A DNA stretch of 64,000 nt from Octopus sinensis (Eukaryota): the NCBI RefSeq assembly GCF_006345805.1, contig NC_043006.1, forward strand, positions 97,402,001-97,466,000, in the 5' to 3' direction. The number at the start of each line of letters is the position of its first letter. The stretch's first letter is position 1. Below, in pieces: positions 1-11,879 of the stretch. The notes below the pieces were generated by a model. That model searched no databases, had not been told where the DNA came from, and saw only the letters and a program-made list of their open reading frames with translations. The position numbers and the translations under genes are program-made.

Positions 1-464
1 CGACATTTACGCCGATGGGGATAACGATATTGGTTAAGGTTTCTGTACCGTTCATGCCATTGGAGATGATTATGATGACGGTGGCGGAGACGACGTTGAC
101 CACGATGATTCTAACAGTAAACAAATATGTGAAGAAAGGTTCCATGTATCTTTTTTTTTCTTTTCTCGACATTTTCTATGTCCTTTACCCCTAATATGTA
201 CACATATACTCATAATTTCAACTCTACGCAAGCATTGCAAAGAACACACAAACATCCACTTTGCCTAATCAAAGAGAAATAACCAAAGGTCTGCTGTCTT
301 AAAGTATGGATAAATATACCGGAGAAAGCACCAGATGGAAGAGCCACCAAAAAAAAAAAATGAAACCTGACTAGAGAGATGATGTGTGAGTGTAAGACAA
401 GCACCTGTTTGCCTATATGGCAAGTTTGACCTGCATGGCTCTACAATTTGAATGGTGATGATGA

Positions 465-565
465 TCTCGATCTCGGCGGAATTTGAATTCAGAACTTAAG
501 GACAGATGAAATACCTCTAAGTATTTCGTCCGGCGTGCTAACGTTTCCGCCAGCTGGCCACCTTT
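465..565 (-). mobile_element. Fragment of SINE family B (tRNA-like head, Meta-domain-like body)
   Basis: Reverse complement matches the ggcgagctggcagaaacgttagcacgccgggcgaaat...gagttcaaattccgccgag head seen in full copies at 25116, 30138 and 48326. Confidence 0.7.
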
Positions 566-831
566 CTGATTCTAGATATTGACACGTGAATGTGACGAGT
601 ATGTACGAAACAAACTTTAAAAAATTTATAGAAATAAGTTTTTACCAAACTACTTCTAAAAACATCAGCAAACAACGCCATCTAACAAGATTCCATATAA
701 ATACATTGTATTTAACAAACAATGAGGATAGCAGCAACCAGTCTATAGAAACAAGCACAGCCAACGGAACACGATAACGTATGATTCATATGAGCTAAAA
801 GTTGTCAGCAGGAAGCATATGTATAGACCTG

Positions 832-917
<86 letters not shown>
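832..917. repeat. (TATC)n microsatellite, 5' flank of Tx1-like LINE
   Basis: Perfect TATC tandem directly abutting LINE sequence at 918. Confidence 0.95.
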
Positions 918-3532
918 AACAACAAATGGTGGTTTGCCCTCAACAGAGCAGTAAAAGCAGAAGCGATTAGGTACAGCAAAGCACTAGCCATAGATAGAAA
1001 TAGAGTAGAGGGTGAGCTAGTTAAGAAGCTAGAAGAGGCAATTAGAAGCGGCATCGCATCCGACGTTTTGGCGGCGAGGTTGGCCCTCGACCAACACTTC
1101 AACGCCAAACACGAAGGATGTGTGTCAGAGCTAGGATGCGTGCTCTAAGGAACGAAGGTGTTAGAGCCGCGAGAGAGGCCCGGGTGGCAGAGGCGCAACA
1201 GGGCAACAAAGCCACCATTCGGTCACTGGTAGATGAACAGGGGCGCGAATTGCTCGAGCCAAGTAAAATGTGTGAGGCCTTTCAGCAGCATTTTGCCCGA
1301 CTGTTCGGAACGAGTGGAGGGCAAGAACGTAGGGTGGACTTCAGTGCCTACCTACATAGCCTACCACGACTCTCGACAAGAAAGGCAGGGTGCTGCGAAG
1401 GTGCCATCACGGCGGCGGAAGTGCGGGAAGCGATGGCAGAATGCTCGAGGGACAAATCACCGGGTTTGGATGGTCTACCCTACGAGCTTTACAATTGTAT
1501 GCCAGACTTGTTTGGAGATCTCTTGGCGGCGGTGTGTACTGCAACTGGCAGCAAAACGGGAGCATTCCTGGTTTTGTGAGCCGAGGAGCCGTAACAATGC
1601 TGAAGAAAGATCTAAACAAGGGAAATGTAATAGATAACTTTAGGCCCATCACTCTGCTTAATGCAGACTTGAAAATTTTGGCCAAGGTGCTAGCCAAGAG
1701 GTTGGCGCGCTTGTCATCGAGAAACTGGTCGACAAGGCGCAAACATGCGCCGTGCCAGGCCGGACCATCCATGACAACCTCCATCTGATGCGCTACATCA
1801 TAGACAGGGTAGTTAACGAACCTGGCATGGGTGGGGCCCTGATCAACTTGGATCAATCAAAAGCCTTTGATAGGTAGACGATCGATACTTGGAGGCAGTC
1901 CTGAGAGCGGCTGGTTTCGGTCCCGTCTTCCGCGGCTGGATAGCTGCCTTGTACAGAGGCATCCGTTCGGTAATTCGCGTAAATGGACATCTATCGAGAC
2001 CTTTCGACATTGCACTTTCGGTCCGTCAGGGATGCCCCCTCTCGGCGCTTCTATACGTATTGACTCTTGAGGCCACTACTGCGGAAGCTGGCGACTCTAA
2101 GGGGCATCCCGCGAGAATTGGGATGCGGGACGAGCGTGTGTCTGCATACGCGGACGACGTCACCGTCATAGTGTCTAGCCACGAGCACATCGAGCTGGTC
2201 GGCGAGACACTGAAAAACTACGAAGCGGTGACAGGAGCGAAAATCAACCGGGAAAAGTCAGTGGGCTTGCGACTAGGCACCGGAGAAGAAGAAGCCCATG
2301 CCGTCCACCAGCGCCTCCGTCGTGGGACGCTGGACCGACGGCCCGGTTGAGTTGCTGGGGTCTGGTTTGGTCCGGACCTCCAAGTGGAGAAAAACTGGAA
2401 CGAGATAACGAGTAGGGTGGTCACTCTCGCCCGGCAATGGGCCGAGAGGAAACTGTCCCTAAAAGGTCGAGCGGAGGTGGCGCGAACACGTACATCGCGT
2501 CCGTCATCTACTACCGCCTGACCGTCGTACCTTGTCCCGACCCTACCATCACCAAACTACAACGCATCCTCTTTCGCTTCTTGTGGAAAGGATGCGTCCC
2601 GATGGTCAGGCGATCCATTTGCTGTCAACACCCGTTAAAAGGAGGGCTGGGCATGCGTGGTTGATGATGCGCAGACACGCGCTGAGACTGCGACATCTCT
2701 GGCTCTATGTAGACGACGGTGAACAGGTGTGGTCGCCGTTTGTGAGGCACGCTTTCCCGCAGCTCGTCTCCATGACCGAACTGCAGTCGTGGATCAAAAA
2801 GAGGCCGAGGAAGGGGAATGGCACCGCGAGTGTCGCGTTGCTCTCAAGCAACTCTGCCGTCCTGGGTCGACCTTAAGTGACTTCAACACAACCAAAGCAT
2901 TCTATAGGGGTTTAGTGGAGGGGAGGTACGACGACGAGCTCGGGGCGAACCTGGACGTCGACGAGGAGTACCTGACTCGCCTGTTCGGGACGACTTTCGG
3001 GCCAGGGCCCATGGACAACTTCCAGAGATCCCTGGCCTGGCAGTGCTACCGAGAAGCGCTACCCGTTCGGGATAATTTCTACAGACACGGCTCGAGAAAC
3101 ACGGGGCCGACCTGCCCGAGATGCGGTCAGAGCGACGAAACCGTTCTGCACGCACTCGTTCAGTGTCCAACAATTTCTGACCTGTGGGCTTGTGTCGAAC
3201 AACTGCTGTCACGTGTGGGACGAGTCGGTTTATCAGCTGAGTCTATCGTCAATATTGTCACGCCTCCTTCCTTCAAACGGGAAGGAAGAGCTATTTTCAT
3301 CATCCTTGTGGCTATGGCGAAAGAATGTATCTGGTGGACGCGTCTGAAAGGATTGGAGACAAACACTTTCCTCTCTGGTCAATCTCTCATCAACTTCTTC
3401 AAGTACCACTTGAAAAGGAAAGTGAGAGTAGAGAGGCAAGTTTTGTCTAGCGAATGTTTTAAAAAAAGATGGGTGAATGTAGCAAGAATGGCACGTATGA
3501 ATGACGAAGCCACCTTGAGCATAGTCCTATGA
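918..3532 (+). pseudogene. Tx1-type ORF2 (reverse transcriptase + zf-RVT), endonuclease domain missing, several frameshifts
   Basis: RT motifs are spread over ORFs 819-1148, 1118-1579, 1390-1788, 1889-2350, 2437-2664, 2532-2876 and 2729-3532. Confidence 0.9.
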
Positions 3533-3932
3533 ACCCAGAAATCGAAAACAGAGTTGCTTATTTGCAAAAAAAAAAAAAAAAAAAAAAGAAATATAAAATG
3601 TGACTTCATTGACCGAGGTTACCGTGGTCTTTTCCGCAGGCTTTTCTTTCCACGGGTAAACCTCACCTGTCCTCCCCTTTACACTTCATATTGACATTTC
3701 TGTGATAACGATCCCTATTGATCATTTTTTTTTCCTCTCCCCCCCCCCTTTTTTTTTTTTTTTTTTTTAACCCCCCTTATTTTTGTCCTCTTTCTCTCCT
3801 TTTACGATCCCTTTTGATCGAACCTCCCCCTTCCTTTTTTTTTTTTTTTTTTTTTTTAATACCTTCAAAAGAAAAGCTCTACCTTGTAATTGGTTCTATC
3901 TGTGTGCAGCCCTGTGTGGCTAATAAAGAAAC
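918..3932 (+). mobile_element. 5'-truncated L1/Tx1-clade non-LTR retrotransposon, copy 1 (frameshifted ORF2 plus about 400 bp 3' UTR)
   Basis: ORF pieces contain KSPGLDGLPYELY, NFRPITLLNADLKILAKVLAKRL, SVRQGCPLSALLY, YADDV and a C-terminal [19 protein letters not shown] zinc knuckle typical of L1/Tx1 ORF2; stop at 3532. Confidence 0.92.
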
Positions 3933-3962
3933 ATATCTATCTATCTATCTATCTATTCTACC

Positions 3963-3993
<31 letters not shown>

Positions 3994-4056
3994 ATCTATC
4001 TATCTATCTATTCTATCTATCTATCCATCTATCTCTATCTATCTATCTATCTATCC

Positions 4057-4090
<34 letters not shown>

Positions 4091-4116
4091 TATCTATCTC
4101 TCTATCTATTCTATCC

Positions 4117-4151
<35 letters not shown>

Positions 4152-4152
4152 C

Positions 4153-4183
<31 letters not shown>

Positions 4184-4257
4184 CATCTATTCTATCTATC
4201 TATCTATCTAATCTATCTATCTATGTATCTATCTATCTATCTATCTATCTATCCATC

Positions 4258-4327
<70 letters not shown>

Positions 4328-4328
4328 C

Positions 4329-4366
<38 letters not shown>

Positions 4367-4434
4367 TCTATCTATCTATCTATCTATCTATCATCTATTA
4401 TCTATGTATCTATCTATCTATCTATCCATCTATC
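3933..4434. repeat. Interrupted (TATC)n array between the two Tx1 copies
   Basis: About 500 bp of TATC with TATT/CATC variants. Confidence 0.95.
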
Positions 4435-4435
4435 C

Positions 4436-5428
4436 TGCAAACCTGGGCGTCGACGAGGAATACCTGACCCGCCTGTTTCAAACGACTTTCGGCCGGGACC
4501 TATGGACAACTTCCAGAGATCCCTGGCCTGGCGGTGCTACCGAGAAGCGCTACCCGTTCGGGATAAGCTCTATAGGCATGGCTCGAGAAACACGGGGCCG
4601 ACCTGCCCGAGATGCGGGCAGAGCGACGAGACCGCTCTGCACGCAATCGTGCAGTTGTCCAGCAATTTCCCACCTGTGGGCTTATGTCGAACGACTGCTG
4701 TCACGTGTGGGACGTGTCGGTTTATCAGCCGAGTCTATCGTTAATATTGTCACGCCTCCTTCCTTCAAACGGGAAGGAAGAGCTATTTTTATCATACTTG
4801 TGGCTATGGCGAAAGAATGTATCTGGTGGACGCGTTGAAAGGATTAGAGACAAACACTTTCTCTCTGGTCAATCTCTCATCAACTTCTTCAAGTATCACT
4901 GGAAGAAAAAAGTGAGAGTAGAGAGGCAAGTTTTGTCTAGTGAATGTTTTAAAAAAAGATGGGTGAATGTAGCAAGGATGGCACGTATGAATGACGAAGC
5001 CACCTTGACTATGATTCTATGAACCGTAAAAATTAATACAGAGAGTTGCTTATTTGCAAAAAAAAAAAAAAAAAAGAAATATAACATGTGACTTCATTGA
5101 CCGAGGTTACCGTGGTCTTTTCCGTAGGCTTTTCTTTCCACGGGTAAACCTCACCTGTCCTCCCCTTTACACTTCATATTGACATTTCTGTGATAACGAT
5201 CCCTATTGATCAATTTTTTTCCTCTCCCCCTTTTTTTTAACCCCCCCTTTTTTTTTTGTCCTTCTCTCCTTTTACGATCCCTTTTGATCGCCCCCCCTTT
5301 TTTATTTTATTTTTATTTTATTTTTTTATTTATTTATTTATTTATTTATTTTTTTTAAACCTTCAAAAGAAAAGCTCTACCTTGTAATTTGTTCTATCTG
5401 TGTGCAGCCCTGTGTGGCTAAAAGAAAA
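4436..5428 (+). mobile_element. Tx1-clade LINE copy 2, more heavily 5'-truncated (zf-RVT region + 3' UTR)
   Basis: Near-identical to 2946-3932 ([45 protein letters not shown]), same 3' end gcagccctgtgtggctaa. Confidence 0.92.
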
Positions 5429-5441
5429 TATCTATCATCTA

Positions 5442-5535
<94 letters not shown>

Positions 5536-5551
5536 TCCATCCATCTATCTC

Positions 5552-5590
<39 letters not shown>

Positions 5591-5757
5591 ATCTATCATC
5601 TATCTACTATTCATAAATACATAATGCTTGCATGTATATATGCATTCCAACACGGGCAAAGAAACTTTCACACGCATATAATCACTGTTTCTATATGTAT
5701 GTATGTATGTATGTAGTATGTATGTATGTATGTATGTATGTATGTATGTATGTATGC

Positions 5758-5799
<42 letters not shown>

Positions 5800-5800
5800 G
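5429..5800. repeat. (TATC)n and (TATG)n microsatellites
   Basis: Direct reading. Confidence 0.9.
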
Positions 5801-5821
5801 TGTCTATGTATGTGTTTAATG

Positions 5822-6356
5822 ACTTTGAGACTCAGTCGACACGATCTGTGGGCCGTGCCTCTGCTCTTTCTTCTGGAGCCCGTCCCACCTTTACTCGTCT
5901 CCCCTTTCCCTTCACCTGCCATCCCTTCACCATACCCCCAATGCACCATTCTCCAAGCCTTCTGGTGACTCCAGTCCGACCCCTCCACCTCGCACATATT
6001 CCCTAACCTACCTCTTCCCTCCATCAAACGAGCCCATAACCTGCATGACCTAGTCCACAGTTTCTTACCTACCCCTGCCTCCCATTCTGACTCCTTCTCC
6101 TCCTTCCGACCAAGCTGTCGCACCTGCCCCTACCTCTCTAACACCAACATCCTCACAGGCACACATCACCGTCCCTATCACGTCACTGATTCCTTTACTT
6201 GCACTTCTAGCAATGCTATTTACGGCATCTCCTGCTGTCTCTGTCATTCCCTGTACATTAGTCAAACGGGACGCCTCTTGGCTGATTGATTCGCGAAGCA
6301 CCTCCGAGACATCACACTCAGCAATGACACCTCGGTCTCGCGTCACTTCCGCTCTA
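5822..6356 (+). mobile_element. Penelope-like element fragment, GIY-YIG endonuclease region (pseudogene)
   Basis: Manual translation gives RPSCRTCPYL...FTCTSSNAIYGISCCLCHSLYISQTGRLLAD.FAKHLRDI...VSRHF, the Cys-rich GIY-YIG signature of Penelope elements. Confidence 0.85.
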
Positions 6357-6907
6357 CCAGTGTTCGCATCCAATCAGTCCTCTTCCCCTTCCTTTTCTTG
6401 GTACATACAGTCTGTCTGTGTCAATTTTTAGGTGGAGTATCCCATATCTAGTCAGCAACTTCTTGTCTTTCTGTCTAAGCTGTTTGGTTCGTCTACTGTC
6501 CATGCAATTACCCCTGATTCATATCTAAGTAGTGAAACCGCCCAAGTGTTGGTAGCTTCAATTTTATTCCGTCCGTTTAATTTCGACTTAAGGGCCAGTC
6601 TCAGTCTGCTCAAGTACTCCACCTTAAATTTTTCTGTAATTTCTTTCTCCATCAATTTATCCATTTCTAATATCTCCAAGTACTTATAGCCTGTCTCTTC
6701 TTTCTGCCTCATAACCTCCTCCGACAGTATCACTAACCCGTACATACATTTGATTTTGCCTCTCTGCAAGATTAACGCACCACACTTTTGCAGTCTGAAC
6801 TCCATTCTGATATCAGCACTGAAAGTATACACCGTATCTACGAGAGAACCAGCTTGGGATTCATCTTTACCATAAAGTTTGAGGTCATCCATGAATAACA
6901 AGTGATT
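6357..6907 (-). mobile_element. R4/Dong-clade LINE, internal RT fragment
   Basis: NHLLFMDDLKLYGK...KYLEILE...KSKLNGRNKIEATNTWAVSLLRY...LDRKTR, continuing into HPKIDTDRLYVPRKGRGRGL. Confidence 0.88.
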
Positions 6908-7120
6908 ATTATTATTGCTTTGCACAGCTTCTAACGCTGGAGATGTACTTTGGTGTCAGCTGTTCACTAATAGTGAACTAAGGTAACAACTCTTATTTCT
7001 CGAGCACCTTCTGGAGTATTCGAGCGGTTCCAAGCAGAGCTGTTTTCTGCAAGAGCTCCACCCTTATTGCAGCCCCTATTTATTCCATGTACTTCTCAAG
7101 ATTGAATCCCATATTTGTTC

Positions 7121-7121
<1 letters not shown>
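6908..7121 (-). mobile_element. R4/Dong-clade LINE 3' terminal fragment with (AAT)4 tail
   Basis: Minus strand encodes IRVELLQKTALLGTARILQKVLEK*, then a short 3' UTR ending in aataataataat; homologous to the LQKSAILGTVHTL end at about 31350. Confidence 0.8.
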
Positions 7122-7164
<43 letters not shown>

Positions 7165-7168
7165 TATT
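7122..7168. repeat. (TTA)n/(TAA)n microsatellite
   Basis: Direct reading. Confidence 0.95.
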
Positions 7169-9374
7169 ATTATTATTATTATTATTTAGAATTTAGGTAA
7201 TAATAAAATTTCCATTAATTTTCTTTTCTATATTGAGCTTAAGAAAATTATATTAAACTAAATTTCTCGACAGCGCCAATATTACCCACATACCTAAACA
7301 GAGTACCTACTCTAATTCCCTTTTCATATGGACTATATGCAAATCTTGTTTTACAAAAGCAGTCGACAGCGCCAATACGACCCACATACCTAATATGTAA
7401 TTTCATTTAACACGCTTATTTATCTATTGAAATTTTGATCGGTTTTCGCAGAACACAATCTATTTCAGCATATTGCTGGTTGTATATAGCCAATTTGTAT
7501 AACAAACGGGCTTAGGGATCTTTTGTTTTGCAAGAGGCCATTACTAATTCAATAGTAAATTGAGCGTAAATCATTTACAAGTAACAAAGGCTTCTGTTCC
7601 AGCAGTTATATAGGCATGATGGAAAATAACAAAATTTAGGTACTGAGTTGGGAAAAGCAAAATAACCGTAAGTTCCCCACAAAGAAAGGAAGTTACACTG
7701 GTAAATCAAGTCTTCATAATAATCGTAAACTGAATAAAACACTATTATTGGCAAATGCTTTTTTGTTACTATCTAGACACGAATGAGATTTGTTTTTTGA
7801 ATGAATGTAAAAATTGTCGTTTCTGCAGTAAATTTCCTAACAAAAGTTGGTTAAATCATACCCGCTGAAATTAGTTGCAACCTCAATAATGGAATATTCA
7901 AGTTTGGAAAACAAAATATGGATAGTGAGCTTAAAAAAATAATAATAGCTATTAAATTGCATGAACTTCAGCAAAGTTAGAAAGTTACACTGCTAAATGA
8001 AACCTTTATAATAGCTATAGATTGAGTAAAAAAAAATGGAAACCCCACCAGTCATTTGAACTTACTTTTAAAAGCATCTGCAGAGTTTTCATAATGCAAT
8101 CTTAGGTCCATTTTAAAAATATTTTATACAAAACGTATTTTAAATAATATATTCAAGCACAAAGAATAAGTTAAATCATATCTGTAAAAATAAGATATTT
8201 ATATAAAAAAAAACAAACAAATAGAATGAGTGAACTTTATTTTTATGGCTGATTGTATCATGGAGCAGTCATTGAATTACTGTTTAAAAAAATATTGATT
8301 TCAATTTTTATAACAGTTAGTGGACAGAAAAATGTAATCTGATTCCAGTCACATTTAAAATTCCAAACTGGCAACGTGTGATGATATCGCAATAAACAAA
8401 TCATTTCTTGATATAATGTTTTGCTAAAGTTAATTATTATTATAACAGAACGGAGTTATGCAATTATAGGTCTATTTTAGTTGTTAATTGAAACAATGGC
8501 ATGTAATGATGTAGACACAGGAAGTGAGCAATTCTGATAATTAATTTGCTGTTATTAAAGCAATATAACTATATTTTCTATGTATAACACTTTAGATTTC
8601 ATTCTTTCAAAATTACTAAATCAATGTTCAATCGTGTGGGCATGTCCGGGTATTTTTACTTTTGGATTTTATTGTCCACCTCATATTCATACATACCCCG
8701 ACCGTACAAAAGTTTTGGCCTTTCAGGTTAGTTGATTTCTGGTCAGAGCTTCATCAATTCTCTGATAGGATATGTTTCAAACCGAGCCCATCGGAACAGT
8801 CTTGTCGGGTGACTGAATATTTCCTCTCAGACATAACTTACTACATTCCACATACAACCAAAACTCATAGACCCCCCAAAAAAACAGTTCCCAAGTGGCT
8901 TCCGTATAGCTTTGTTGCTGCTGTTCAGGCGAAGGACATAGTCTTCAGCGTTTGAATAAATTACCCATGTCTACAAATCTGTTTGAATTAACCCAGTATC
9001 GCAACAGCTACAGCATTTTCATACAAACCACAAAGGATGTACCTCCGTACATTGCACAGCCTGAAATCTCTCACGTCTAAAGAACCAAAGCGAAGCCTTT
9101 TATTTCTTTGTGTAAATGATCTCTATAAACTTTACGGAATCTTTCATTTCTTCTGGTCCTCAATCATGGGTTGTACCCAACCAGTACTCCCGTGGAGAAA
9201 GCCTTCATATTTCCTAGATATTTTGCACTCAGCTCTACGCTGCTGTAGCTCTCTCTAGAGCTATCTCGCCATCAGTATCACCGCCATACACTTGTAAACA
9301 CATCAAGTGTTAAAATACTGATCTTTACAAAATCCTTTCCATCACCTACTAACAAAGTGCCTCAGAACTAGCTG

Positions 9375-9405
<31 letters not shown>

Positions 9406-9552
9406 TTCCATTCTTTCTTTCTTTCTTTCTTCCTTCCATCCTTTCCTTCTTTCTTTCTTTCTTTCTTCCTTCCTTCCATCCTTTCTTTCTTTCTTTCTTT
9501 CTTTCTTCCTTCCATCCTTTCTGTCTTTCTTTCCTTCTTTCTTCCTTCCATC

Positions 9553-9585
<33 letters not shown>

Positions 9586-9620
9586 TTCCATTCTTTCTTT
9601 CTTTCTTTCTTCCTTCCATC

Positions 9621-9665
<45 letters not shown>

Positions 9666-9704
9666 TTCCATCTTTTCTTTCTTTCTTTCTTTCTTTCTTT
9701 CTTT
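9375..9704. repeat. (TTTC)n microsatellite with periodic CTTCCTTCCATC interruptions
   Basis: Direct reading. Confidence 0.95.
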
Positions 9705-10591
9705 AAGGCGGCATTTATTGAAACACGTTTCTATAAACCTTATTTCGAAGAAGGGTAACATATCACTCTCTGCTAACTGTCGTCCTACTGCGTATACACT
9801 CAATATTTCAAATGTAATCCATCGAGGTGAGGTAGCCATCAACAACAACCTTTTCCATCGCCTTGAATCTCTCTCTCGCTTCAATGACAACTAAACGATT
9901 TTCATAAAGCCAGAACTACTAGAGATATATTCTCTGTTACTCAAGAAGTATGCTATCGCCCTCGAGAAATTTAGTGAATTAGTATTGTTACCATCGACAT
10001 TAGCAAAGGTGTGGGCTGTATCTGGCATGCAAAACCTTTGGCAAAACTATTAGTATAAAGGCTGCATCTCCCACTCATTTCTTGAATCTATGGCGTCTTG
10101 TCAGCTCAAGACATCACAGCAGGCGATGATGACGTACTACACAACTGACATTCTAACGATTCTGTAAGACTCGGGGTACGATTTTGACCCTTCATCCTGT
10201 ATCCTATACGCCAACGACCTGTCTGTTGTCACATACAAACTTATAAATTATTCTCTAATAGTTCCACATAAGCACCATCCATACGCAATGTAATCACTTC
10301 AAGCTAAACCTGTTCTGACTATCAGAAGAAAGATTTGGAAAATAACTCCAGTTGGTTGACTCTAATGAAAATATTATCTCTCCTATTTCTCTTAAACATG
10401 AATATCATACAACTAGAGGCATGAAGATCAGCACCAAATGCAAAGCCTCACAACGGGGCTTGAACGTGTATCCTTAAAATAATTGAAACCGCATAACAAA
10501 TAACAGCATTACTCTTGAGATCCGGAAAATACTGCAAGGCCCATGCTGGAATACTGCATCCAACTTTGAGACGTTACTGCTGCTGATGCTG

Positions 10592-10626
<35 letters not shown>

Positions 10627-10642
10627 GCCGCCCCCCACTACA

Positions 10643-10686
<44 letters not shown>

Positions 10687-10822
10687 CACATCACGACGAC
10701 GACGACGACCACCACCACCACCACTACTACCACCACCACCACCACATCACCACGACCACGACCACGACCACGACGACGACCACCACTACCACCAAAGCCA
10801 CCACCCCACCACCACCACCACC

Positions 10823-10854
<32 letters not shown>

Positions 10855-11200
10855 AGCACACGTCTTGGCTAGTATCTACAGAAAGTCCACTTCTCTGATT
10901 GATATAAATTTGCACACCAACCTACGCCAACTTCTGTACCTTAGATATATTGTCCCTTCTCTCTGTCTTCTCCCCTGCAACTGCTCTGGGCTCTGCTCTT
11001 CGGAACTAGCTAGTCTAATGACCTTGCTCTCAGGCATACTCGTACCATCCCCGCTTTCGTCTCTTCTCCTTTCTTCACCCAAATTGCACAGTGGTAAGCG
11101 TAGAGTCCTCGCGTTAATCGCCTCACTCTCTTCCTTCAATCCTCCTCACCACATAATCCATCCAGATCAAGCAAATCAAGATCAACCTCTACCAGCCCCA
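9705..11200 (+). pseudogene. Highly decayed jockey/CR1-group LINE RT and 3' coding region
   Basis: Residual motifs: ISKKGNISLSANCRP, IVTIDISKG..IWH, ILYANDLS, ARPMLEYCIQL*, and after a microsatellite HVLASIYRKSTSLI...LRYIVPSLCLL...GLCSSELASLM. Confidence 0.7.
10576..10854. repeat. Compound trinucleotide microsatellite (GCT/ACT/ACC/ACG) inside the LINE fossil
   Basis: Direct reading. Confidence 0.9.
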
Positions 11201-11671
11201 ACTCCTCTAAAAACACGTTGAAGCTCTTTTGTGTAGGGAGGGGAGTTAAATTTAAACAACTTCCGACTGACCCGTTATTCTACCATGCCCTTCACCAAAA
11301 CTTTCCGAGAGAGACACCCAACAGATTTTGTAAAACTCTGGGTTATCGAAGCATGTTTCATAAGGAAGTTGAAACGAAGTTTGAACAGCAGAGCCGAGTT
11401 GGATATGCAGAAGAACACACAACATATCTCGAGTCACACGTGTGTAACTCCCAGGTTAATGACGATTAATAAATTCAAAAGCTTTTCTTGAGTAAGTACT
11501 AAAATTTATATAGTACAACTTAAACACTGCAATTGTACAAATATTTCAATGTTTTATCATGTGTCTGTTTGAAAATACTTTGATTGTTATTTTAAGTAGT
11601 CTGTATGTATGTTCAACACATGAAAGCTCCAACCAACTACAATCAAAATGAATATATAAATATATACAACA

Positions 11672-11838
11672 GACGCAGGAGTGGCTGTGTGGTAAGTAGC
11701 TTGTTTACCGACCACATGGTTCCGGGTTCAGTCCCACTGCGTGGCACCTTGGGCAAGTGTCTTCTACTATAGCCTCGGACCGACCAAAGCCTTGTGAGAG
11801 TGGATTGGTAGATGGAAACTGAAAGAAGCATGTCGTGT

Positions 11839-11879
<41 letters not shown>

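Noticed and set aside
3718-4744. Long ORFs of IYLS repeats (also 40277, 53356)
   Set aside because: Translations of stop-free (TATC)n arrays, not genes.
8630-9300. ORFs 8662-8955 and 9037-9258 as host exons
   Set aside because: No recognisable motifs on either strand, many stops, no convincing splice pair.
9342-9890. KKER-rich ORFs (also 18896-19408)
   Set aside because: (TTTC)n/(GAAA)n microsatellite artefacts.
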